Below are positions 20,027 to 27,650 of a stretch of 64,000 nucleotides of DNA, piece by piece. The DNA is from Candidatus Cloacimonadota bacterium (lineage in GTDB: Bacteria; Cloacimonadota; Cloacimonadia; Cloacimonadales; TCS61), in assembly GCA_030445745.1 (NCBI GenBank), contig JASUTE010000004.1:88173-152172 (forward strand), given 5' to 3'. The position numbers and the translations under genes are program-made. The notes under the pieces were generated by a model. It did not search any database. It worked only from the letters and a program-made list of their open reading frames with translations, and was not told where the DNA came from. Position 1 is the stretch's first letter. Each line of letters begins with the position of its first letter.

Positions 20027-20265
20027 GAAAAATTGCTATTCTATTCTTGCTAATTGTTCTGATAGCTGTTTGGGGTTGTGAAAAAGTTAGCAATCCCCAA
20101 TATCATGTAGATAAAGAATCGTGTAATGCTTGCGGAGAATGTTTAATTGTATGTCCCGTAGACGCTATTGAATTCGACGCAGATGGTAAAGCTGTGATCG
20201 ACCAAACCAAATGTAACCAATGTGGCAAATGTATAAATGTTTGCCCTCAGGATGCGATATACTAA
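20023..20265 (+). CDS. small (80 aa) lipoprotein-type 2x[4Fe-4S]-type ferredoxin
   Basis: MRKIAILFLLIVLIAVWGC lipobox, then CNACGECLIVCP and CNQCGKCINVCP. Confidence 0.65.
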   Translation: MRKIAILFLLIVLIAVWGCEKVSNPQYHVDKESCNACGECLIVCPVDAIEFDADGKAVIDQTKCNQCGKCINVCPQDAIY

Positions 20266-21461
20266 TGAAAAAATTGTTTTTATTGCTTATAGTTTTATAT
20301 GCTGTAACCGTACAAGCTCAGCTATCCAGTTATACCGATATCAGTTTTCGCTATATTAATACCGATTCCAGTAGTGAATTTTTTACCGATCCCAATGATT
20401 CAGAGGTGAAAAAGGCTAGTGGCTACTCGGGTATGGATTGGGAATATCATCTTAACTACAAGTTCAACAAAAATTTATTTCTTACATGGAATAATCAGCT
20501 TTTTTATTCTGAAGTATCGTCAGAGTTACGCAATTCCTTCCTATACGATAAAAGCCGCTTGAGTATAGGTTTTCGAAATTCTGTTCACAAACTTTCACTT
20601 TTTCTGAATAACAGGTTTTATGGAGATGATGATACCACGATCTCGAATATTGCCGGCTTAGATACTTTGATTAAAAAAAGAGCCACCTTTGCTTATGGCT
20701 TAAACTATGAGCTGAATTTCGGGAAACTAGAATTTGCTACTTCCGGTTACTATAGAAATTTGCGCTACTTAGAATACACAACCAGTCAAAATGAATGGGA
20801 AAATGATCTCTACTTAGCTAGTAAGCTCGGTTACCAGATTATACCACACTGGCAAATTTTCACCAATTTCTACTATAAAGATGACCTAAACCAGGTGGAT
20901 TGGTACGACCAGACTAAATGGGGGGCAGGAGTTGCCTACGAAAATAGATTTGACTTTTTCAACTCTGTAGAAGCAGTGGTGAATTATTTTCATAGCGAAA
21001 CAGATGAGTTGCCCCAATATCAGAATGACTATCTTTTCACCAAAGTTCGCTATTTCAAAAGATTTGGCACAACTTTCAGTAGCTTTATAACTTATATAAA
21101 TCGTAGTACCTACAACACTTCCCAAGAAAAACTCTTGCGGATCTCTAATTTAATAAGACTGCAGGCAAAATATATTTATCAAGAAGGCAGAGCAGAATCT
21201 TCTTATCTACTGTTTTCCGGAAAATATAATCCAGAGAATTCTGGCAGTAAGTTACGCTTGGGTGTGAACCAGCATTTATTTAAAGACCTCTATTTTGGTA
21301 TAGCTGGTGAGTATGCACCAGACCTGTACAATGGTTATGAAGGAGAATTCCGATATTTACTTAGCGGATTTCGCTATCTCTACCTGCGCTATCAACTGCG
21401 GGATTACCAGGATTTTGTTGGTACTCAGAAGATTCAGGCAGGCCTTTCTTACCAGTTTTAA
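20265..21461 (+). CDS. predicted outer-membrane beta-barrel protein, family unknown
   Basis: I place the start at the ATG in the TAATG overlap at 20265 (MKKLFLLLIVLYAVTVQA signal peptide). The track start at 20220 lies inside the upstream gene. The protein is Tyr/Asn/Gly-rich with an alternating strand pattern and a C-terminal ...AGLSYQF, typical of an OMP beta-signal. Confidence 0.55.
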   Translation: MKKLFLLLIVLYAVTVQAQLSSYTDISFRYINTDSSSEFFTDPNDSEVKKASGYSGMDWEYHLNYKFNKNLFLTWNNQLFYSEVSSELRNSFLYDKSRLSIGFRNSVHKLSLFLNNRFYGDDDTTISNIAGLDTLIKKRATFAYGLNYELNFGKLEFATSGYYRNLRYLEYTTSQNEWENDLYLASKLGYQIIPHWQIFTNFYYKDDLNQVDWYDQTKWGAGVAYENRFDFFNSVEAVVNYFHSETDELPQYQNDYLFTKVRYFKRFGTTFSSFITYINRSTYNTSQEKLLRISNLIRLQAKYIYQEGRAESSYLLFSGKYNPENSGSKLRLGVNQHLFKDLYFGIAGEYAPDLYNGYEGEFRYLLSGFRYLYLRYQLRDYQDFVGTQKIQAGLSYQF

Positions 21462-21468
21462 TTTAATT

Positions 21469-21486
21469 TGAGAATCATTCGCAAAA
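21469..21486 (+). promoter_or_regulatory. Fur-box-like palindromic operator, copy 1, abutting a TTGACA -35 hexamer (21493-21498) upstream of fur
   Basis: TGAGAATCATTCGCAAAA. It is near-palindromic, with the AT-rich GAATSATTC core typical of Fur boxes. Two further copies lie at 21982 and 24256. Confidence 0.6.
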
Positions 21487-21536
21487 ATAAGCTTGACACA
21501 TAATAAGCGCTGTGCAATTTAGGCGCAGAGGTTATT

Positions 21537-21965
21537 ATGAAAAAAGAAGAAGCTATTTTTCGTGATTTTTTGAAAACAAAGGGGCTAAAATTAACTAAAC
21601 CCCGTCGCATTATCCTGAATGCGGTCTTCAGCACACACGAGCATTTTAATGTGGATGCACTTTACGATATTATCCGTAAAAGACATAAAAATGTATCGCG
21701 GGCAACCATCTACAGAACTATGCCGCTTATGATAGAAGCAGGTCTTATAAAACAAGCTTTACGATGTCAGGCAAAAGACCACTACGAACATATTTTTGGC
21801 CATAAAAGTCATCTACATTTTATCTGCGATAAATGTGGAAAAATAGTTGAAAAAGAGAGTAAACAAGTTGAAAAAATAATAAAAGATCTAGCAGAAACTG
21901 AAGGATTTGAAATACGTGAATTCAATGTTGGTGCTAAAGGTTTGTGTGCAGATTGCCGCAGTTAA
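21537..21965 (+). CDS. fur: Fur family transcriptional regulator
   Basis: 142 aa with a winged-helix N-terminus (RATIYRT), metal-site H..H.HFICDKCGK..., and the C-terminal CADC pair. Confidence 0.85.
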   Translation: MKKEEAIFRDFLKTKGLKLTKPRRIILNAVFSTHEHFNVDALYDIIRKRHKNVSRATIYRTMPLMIEAGLIKQALRCQAKDHYEHIFGHKSHLHFICDKCGKIVEKESKQVEKIIKDLAETEGFEIREFNVGAKGLCADCRS

Positions 21966-21981
21966 AAATTTAGACTGTATC

Positions 21982-21999
21982 TGAGAATGAATTGCAAAA
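21982..21999 (+). promoter_or_regulatory. Fur-box-like operator, copy 2, 22 nt upstream of the feoB start
   Basis: TGAGAATGAATTGCAAAA, matching copies 1 and 3 at 15-16 of 18 positions. Confidence 0.6.
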
Positions 22000-22020
22000 T
22001 CAAATAGTTGAGAGGTTAAC

Positions 22021-24258
22021 TTGAAAAAATATACAATAGCATTAGCAGGAAATCCCAATTGTGGTAAAACTACCCTGTTCAACGCTTTTACCGGTTCCAA
22101 ACAAAGGGTAGGCAACTGGCCAGGTGTAACTGTAGAAAAAATTATCGGTAACTATAAATATAAAGATGCTGAATATGAAATTATCGACTTGCCTGGAATA
22201 TATTCCTTTTCAGCACATTCGATGGACGAAACAGTATCCCGAGAGTTTATCTTGATGGAGAAACCAGACTTAGTAGTGAACATTATAGATGCTACTAACC
22301 TGGAAAGAACACTCTATCTTACTACCCAGCTTCTGGAAATGAAGATTCCAGTTATTATCGCGCTGAATATGATGGATATGGCTAAACAGCGGCGGATAAA
22401 GATAGAGCTGGATCATTTAGCCAAGCACCTTGATACAAAAATAATATCTATTGTAGCACCCAAAAAACAAGGTCTGGATGAATTAAAACAACAAATTGCT
22501 GAAAGTGTAGAAAAACAACATATTCCTCATACCCAGGTGGAATACGATTCCGTGGTAGAAACAGCTATAAATGAGATAGCTCCGCAGTTAGATAAATATG
22601 CCAAAAAATATCAAGTAGATAAACGCTGGCTAGCTATCAAACTGTTGGAAGAGGACAAGTTAGCTGCTCAGCTTACCAATTCCGACTTAGCAGATCTAGT
22701 AAATCAGCAGATCCAGAAAATAGAAAAACATACTAATAACGATGTGGAAATTGTAATTGCAGATGGACGCTATGGTTTTATTCATGGATTAACTTTGGAT
22801 GTGGTTCATAAAGCTGGTGATGCTCGGCGTAATTTTTCCGATCTGGTAGATAGTATCGTATTAAATCGTGTTTTGAGCATTCCCATATTTTTGGGAGTGA
22901 TGTATCTGGTATTTATGCTAACAATAAATGTGGGTTCTCCCTTCATAGATTTTTTTGATAATTTAATGGGCACTATTTTTGTGGATGGTACAGAGTACTT
23001 TTTACAAAGTCTTAATGCTCCAGCATGGCTTATTTTACTACTGGCACAAGCTTTAGGAGGTAGCATTCAAACAATTTCCACCTTTATTCCTCCTATTTTC
23101 TTTATGTTTCTATCGCTTTCCATTTTAGAAGATTCGGGTTATATGAGCAGGGCTGCTTTTGTGATGGACAGGTTTATGCGCTTCATTGGCCTCCCGGGAA
23201 AAGCATTTATTCCAATGTTGGTGGGTTTCGGTTGCAATGTTCCAGCAATAATGGCAACCAGGACACTGGAAAATAAAAAAGATAGACTCTTAACTATTCT
23301 AATTAACCCATTAATGTCCTGCGGTGCCAGATTACCTGTTTATACACTTTTCGCAGCAGTATTTTTCCCTGAACATGGAGGACAGGTAATTTTTGCACTC
23401 TATCTCACTGGTATTGTCTTAGCTATAATATTCGGGCTAATTTTCAAGAAAACTCTTTTCAAAGGCGAAACTTCTACATTTGTTATGGAACTATCACCTT
23501 ATCACCTACCAACTTTCAACGGAATTATGTTACATACCTGGCAACGTCTGAAAGGTTTTATCATCAGAGCTGGGAAAGTAATCGTAATTTTTATAATTAT
23601 ATTAACTGTGTTAAATTCGGTGGGAATAGATGGAAGTTTGGGCAATCAGGATTCAGAGAATTCTGTGTTAAGCTACATTGGGAAAAAGATTAGTCCGATT
23701 TTCCAACCAATGGGAGTACAGCAGAAAAATTGGCCAGCAGTAGTTGGTATGATGACGGGTATTTTTGCTAAAGAAACAGTGGTAGGAACGCTGGATGCAC
23801 TTTATTCGCAACTGGCTGGAGCTCAGCAGCAAGTAGAAGAAGAAACCGGTTACGATTTTACCTCGGGTATAGTTGCTTCTTTTCGGGCTATAGCTACTGG
23901 ATTTGGTATAATAGAAGCTAAAGATGGAGAAACTACTCTACAAAAGGGTGTTACCAGAGAAATGATGAACAGATTTGGTGGAAAGAATAATGCTTTTGCC
24001 TATCTGCTATTTATACTTATTTATGCTCCCTGTGTGGCTGTAATCGGCGCTATTTACAAGGAAACAAACCTGAAATGGACATTTTTTTCTGTTTCCTATT
24101 TAACCATGTTGGCATGGTTGGTAGCCACTTTGTTTTACCAAGTTTCGATAATTGCGATACAACCTGCTGTAAGTTTGGGTTGGATTCTGGGAATTAGCTT
24201 GATTTTCTTTGGATTCTATAAAACACTACAAAAGATAAAACCAGGTGAAACTTTTTGA
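22021..24258 (+). CDS. feoB: ferrous iron transporter FeoB
   Basis: TTG start preceded by a GAGAGG RBS. N-terminal G-domain GNPNCGKTTLFN...DLPG, followed by the polytopic FeoB permease domain. 745 aa. Confidence 0.93.
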   Translation: MKKYTIALAGNPNCGKTTLFNAFTGSKQRVGNWPGVTVEKIIGNYKYKDAEYEIIDLPGIYSFSAHSMDETVSREFILMEKPDLVVNIIDATNLERTLYLTTQLLEMKIPVIIALNMMDMAKQRRIKIELDHLAKHLDTKIISIVAPKKQGLDELKQQIAESVEKQHIPHTQVEYDSVVETAINEIAPQLDKYAKKYQVDKRWLAIKLLEEDKLAAQLTNSDLADLVNQQIQKIEKHTNNDVEIVIADGRYGFIHGLTLDVVHKAGDARRNFSDLVDSIVLNRVLSIPIFLGVMYLVFMLTINVGSPFIDFFDNLMGTIFVDGTEYFLQSLNAPAWLILLLAQALGGSIQTISTFIPPIFFMFLSLSILEDSGYMSRAAFVMDRFMRFIGLPGKAFIPMLVGFGCNVPAIMATRTLENKKDRLLTILINPLMSCGARLPVYTLFAAVFFPEHGGQVIFALYLTGIVLAIIFGLIFKKTLFKGETSTFVMELSPYHLPTFNGIMLHTWQRLKGFIIRAGKVIVIFIIILTVLNSVGIDGSLGNQDSENSVLSYIGKKISPIFQPMGVQQKNWPAVVGMMTGIFAKETVVGTLDALYSQLAGAQQQVEEETGYDFTSGIVASFRAIATGFGIIEAKDGETTLQKGVTREMMNRFGGKNNAFAYLLFILIYAPCVAVIGAIYKETNLKWTFFSVSYLTMLAWLVATLFYQVSIIAIQPAVSLGWILGISLIFFGFYKTLQKIKPGETF

Positions 24259-24273
24259 GAATGATTTGCAAAA
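24256..24273 (+). promoter_or_regulatory. Fur-box-like operator, copy 3, overlapping the feoB stop codon and 41 nt upstream of feoA
   Basis: TGAGAATGATTTGCAAAA. The TGA at 24256-24258 is the feoB stop. Confidence 0.55.
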
Positions 24274-24314
24274 AATCTAAAAATAAATAGTTTTTAAAAT
24301 AAAAAGGATAAAAA

Positions 24315-24608
24315 TTGTTTGGAAGAAAAAAAAGACGAAGAGCTAAAGGGAAACGTTGTAAAAATCATCCGCAGTGCAACCGTGGGAGCAATAATAATAG
24401 ATTTTTAAATCTGTGTGAAGCCGAAGTTGGTAGAAAATATGTGGTAGTGGATAATCCAGATCACAAAATAATGGAGATGGGTGTTTTTAATGGCTGTGTT
24501 ATCACTGTACACAAAAATAACCCAAGTGATAGTAATATAATTATAGCGGTAGGTGAATCTCGGTTCATAATTCCCAAGCCAACTGCTTGCCGCATTTTGA
24601 TACGCTAA
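24315..24608 (+). CDS. feoA: FeoA-domain protein with a basic, Cys/His-containing N-terminal extension
   Basis: TTG start with an AAGGA RBS. The C-terminal ~65 aa match the FeoA SH3-like pattern (L..CEAEVGRKYVVV...MEMGVFNGCVITV...IIIAVGESRFII....A..ILI). The N-terminus is MFGRKKRRRAKGKRCKNHPQC. Confidence 0.75.
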   Translation: MFGRKKRRRAKGKRCKNHPQCNRGSNNNRFLNLCEAEVGRKYVVVDNPDHKIMEMGVFNGCVITVHKNNPSDSNIIIAVGESRFIIPKPTACRILIR

Positions 24609-24609
24609 A

Positions 24610-24834
24610 ATGCTCTCGGAAATTATAGAATATTTTCACCAAAAAAAAGTATTAAGTATTTCAGAAATAGCTACTTGGTTAAATTCTAACGAAGAAGCAG
24701 TAGAGGGAATGTTGCAAATACTGTTGCGTAAGAAAATGATAAAGCCGTGGAGACCTGCGTGTAAAAGCTGTAGCTCCTCCTGTGCTTCCTGTAATTTGGT
24801 GAAAACAAAATATTACCAGTGGATTTCTGCTTGA
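24610..24834 (+). CDS. feoC: FeoC-like winged-helix protein with a Cys-rich tail
   Basis: 74 aa. The pattern MLSEIIEYFHQKKVLSISEIATWLNSNEEAVEGMLQILLRKKMI is FeoC-like, followed by CKSCSSSCASC. Confidence 0.6.
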   Translation: MLSEIIEYFHQKKVLSISEIATWLNSNEEAVEGMLQILLRKKMIKPWRPACKSCSSSCASCNLVKTKYYQWISA

Positions 24835-24866
24835 CTAAAGCTTGCCACAATAAGTAAAAAGTTCTT

Positions 24867-26945
24867 ATGCAAGCTTTACAGAAAGATATTAAATATTTGA
24901 AAGGTGTCGGTGAAAAACGAGCTCTTTTGCTACACAAATTAAATATATACACCATCGCCGATTTAATGGAATTTTTTCCTAGAGCCTACTTGAACAGACA
25001 TTCCAAAGATACAATTGCCAAACTAAACCCAGAAGAGCAAGCAGCAGTTATTGGGCATATCGTTTCGGTGGAAAAACGTAATTTGGGAAGGCATCGCACG
25101 CAGCTTAACGTAGTAGTTAGTGATGGTAAAAGCTATCTTTTTTGTACTTGGTTTCGGTTTGGGAAATGGTTGCCGGCTAAGTTCGAGGTAGGGAAAAAGA
25201 TTTGGGTAAGCGGTAAAATTTCTTATTTCAAAGGTAGTCCACAAATTGTGCACCCCGATTTTGAAGTTTTGGAAGAGGACGAAGAGCAGAGTTTTTGGAA
25301 CAAACGCGATATTTTACCTGTTTATCCGCTTACCGAGGGTATTTCTATTCGTCAAATGCGCCGTTTAATTTTGAATGCTTTCCAATTTTATGCAGATGAA
25401 ATACAGGAAACATTACCCGAATATTTACGTGAAAAATTGAAATATGAGCCCAGGCGTATTTCACTGCAGAAAATCCACTTTTCGCAACATCCAGATGAAA
25501 TTCCTCCCATCAAGCAGCGTTATGCTTTTGAAGAATTATTCTATCACCAATTAATGTTAGCCAGAGTAAAAAAAATCCATAAACAAAAGGAATCTGGTTA
25601 TAAATTCATCTTACACAAAACTTATACCACTAAGCTAAAAGGGTCTTTGCCATTTAAGATGACAGCAGCACAAAAAAAGGTAATCCGCGAGTTTGTGGCC
25701 GATATGAATTCTGACAGACAGATGAATAGACTGTTGCAGGGCGATGTAGGTTCTGGAAAAACCATCATAACTGTTTTTGCTATGCTGCTTGCAATAGAAA
25801 ATGGATTCCAGGCAATTTTTATGGCACCTACCGAGATTTTGGCAGAACAGCATTTTGCCAGTATTAAATCTTTTTTACAAAATCAGCCCGATATAAAAAT
25901 AGCCTTACTAAAAGGTGGTAATTATAAAGGGAAAAAAGCTACTATAGAAAAAATCGCAAACGGTGAAATCGATATTATCGTAGGAACACACGCACTTATT
26001 CAGCCAGATATAAAATACAAAAAAGTGGGTTTTGTAGCAATAGATGAACAGCATCGTTTTGGCGTAGAGCAGCGCGCTGTACTTTCCCAAAAAAATCGTC
26101 ATCCCGATGTAATGTACCTTTCTGCAACTCCCATTCCTCGTTCTTTGGCCTTAACTGTATATGGCGATTTGGATGTGAGTGTTTTAGATGAACTTCCCCC
26201 AGGAAGGCAGCCCATTAAAACTATCTGGCGCAATTCCAACAAGAAAAAAACTGTTTATAAAGAGGTTGAAAAAGAGTTACAGAAAGGTAAACAGGTCTAT
26301 ATTGTTTGCCCGCTTATTGAGCAATCGGAAAAGAGTGATCTGTTGGCAGCGGAAACGCTTTATCAGGAAATTTCTGAGAGGATTTTTCCCAAATACAATA
26401 GTTTTTTGCTGCATGGAAAGATGAAAACTGCCGAAAAAGATGAAATCATGCAGAAATTTAAGCAAACTCCAGCTTCTATTTTAGTTTCCACCACGGTTAT
26501 CGAGGTGGGGATAGATGTACCCAATGCTTCTGTAATGATAATTGAGCATGCTGAGCGCTTTGGGCTTAGTCAGTTACATCAACTGCGGGGTAGGGTAGGT
26601 CGAGGTCAAGGCAGATCTTATTGCTATCTTATCGCACATCCGCCAATAAGCTCAGAAGCCCGTGAGCGCCTACAGACTATGGTTTCTACCACAGATGGTT
26701 TCAAAATAGCTGAAAAAGACCTGGAACTACGCGGCCCAGGTGATTTTTTTGGTACAGAACAATCTGGTATGCCTCTGTTCAAACATGCCAATTTAGTGCG
26801 CGACCAGCATCTGCTGAAAATAGCTAGAAATTTGGCTTTCCAAATTGTGAAAGATGATCCCCAACTTGAAAAGCCAGAAAATAGATTGTTACACCAAAAA
26901 TATAAAGCTGAATTTGCTCAGCGTGAGCAGCTTTTTAATTTCTAA
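24867..26945 (+). CDS. recG: ATP-dependent DNA helicase RecG
   Basis: 692 aa with a wedge domain, helicase motifs GDVGSGKT, DEQHRFG, SATPIPR, QLHQLRGRVGRG and TDGF. Confidence 0.93.
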   Translation: MQALQKDIKYLKGVGEKRALLLHKLNIYTIADLMEFFPRAYLNRHSKDTIAKLNPEEQAAVIGHIVSVEKRNLGRHRTQLNVVVSDGKSYLFCTWFRFGKWLPAKFEVGKKIWVSGKISYFKGSPQIVHPDFEVLEEDEEQSFWNKRDILPVYPLTEGISIRQMRRLILNAFQFYADEIQETLPEYLREKLKYEPRRISLQKIHFSQHPDEIPPIKQRYAFEELFYHQLMLARVKKIHKQKESGYKFILHKTYTTKLKGSLPFKMTAAQKKVIREFVADMNSDRQMNRLLQGDVGSGKTIITVFAMLLAIENGFQAIFMAPTEILAEQHFASIKSFLQNQPDIKIALLKGGNYKGKKATIEKIANGEIDIIVGTHALIQPDIKYKKVGFVAIDEQHRFGVEQRAVLSQKNRHPDVMYLSATPIPRSLALTVYGDLDVSVLDELPPGRQPIKTIWRNSNKKKTVYKEVEKELQKGKQVYIVCPLIEQSEKSDLLAAETLYQEISERIFPKYNSFLLHGKMKTAEKDEIMQKFKQTPASILVSTTVIEVGIDVPNASVMIIEHAERFGLSQLHQLRGRVGRGQGRSYCYLIAHPPISSEARERLQTMVSTTDGFKIAEKDLELRGPGDFFGTEQSGMPLFKHANLVRDQHLLKIARNLAFQIVKDDPQLEKPENRLLHQKYKAEFAQREQLFNF

Positions 26946-27649
26946 TCGGAATAAAAAGAGCAGGTTACCGTTACTTTTATATTCTTTTTGCGGGTAGAAG
27001 TAGAGTGGATTCCATAGCCGGCAATATCGGTGGAATAGGGCTCGGTTATTTGGAAAACACCTGCGTGAGCAGTTTTTAATTTTCCTACTTTAGAACCATT
27101 GGCTGCAGCAATTTCGTTAGCTCGTTCGCGTGCATTTTTGGTAGCAGCTGCCAGAAGTTGTTTCTTAATTTCGGGAAGTTTAGTGGAAAAATACTGCAAA
27201 TTAGTTCGTTCAAATGCAATTCCAGCATCAATAAATTTTTTGGGATTAATACTGATATCTTCCACCGCATCTAACTGCTCGGAAATGATAAAAATACGCT
27301 GTTCAAAGTGATTCCCAACTATTTTTCCCTGCTCGCCATATTGTTTGTAAACGTTCACGGGACTTATGTTCATGTCGGAGTAAGCAATGTTTTGTTTTTC
27401 CCATATTAGTTTAAATTTTTCCAATTTATTTTGCAGAATCTTGTAGCCGGCAGCAATGTCATTAACATCATTCACATTAGTCGAAATGGAAAAATCCCAT
27501 TTAATTTTATCAGCAGTAAAAGCTTCTGTGGCGTAGCCCACTACCCGAATTGTATTTTTGTTAGCGCGCGAGGAATGGAAAAATATTCCAAATACCAAAG
27601 CGGCTAAAATTAGACCCACACTCAAGATCACGGCGAATTTGTTGTTCAT
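26942..27649 (-). CDS. SIMPL (DUF541) domain periplasmic protein
   Basis: I place the start at the internal ATG (MNNKFAVILSVGLILAALVF signal/anchor), 1 nt after the upstream gene's stop. SIMPL-like pattern: ...IRVVGYATEAFTADKIKWDFSI...AGVFQITEP... Confidence 0.7.
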   Translation of the reverse strand: MNNKFAVILSVGLILAALVFGIFFHSSRANKNTIRVVGYATEAFTADKIKWDFSISTNVNDVNDIAAGYKILQNKLEKFKLIWEKQNIAYSDMNISPVNVYKQYGEQGKIVGNHFEQRIFIISEQLDAVEDISINPKKFIDAGIAFERTNLQYFSTKLPEIKKQLLAAATKNARERANEIAAANGSKVGKLKTAHAGVFQITEPYSTDIAGYGIHSTSTRKKNIKVTVTCSFYSD

Positions 27650-27650
27650 T

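Noticed and set aside
20220-20264. The upstream ATG offered by the ORF track as the start of the outer-membrane barrel gene.
   Set aside because: It lies inside the preceding ferredoxin gene and yields a non-signal N-terminus (MWQMYKCLPSGCDIL). The ATG at 20265 (TAATG overlap) gives a canonical signal peptide.
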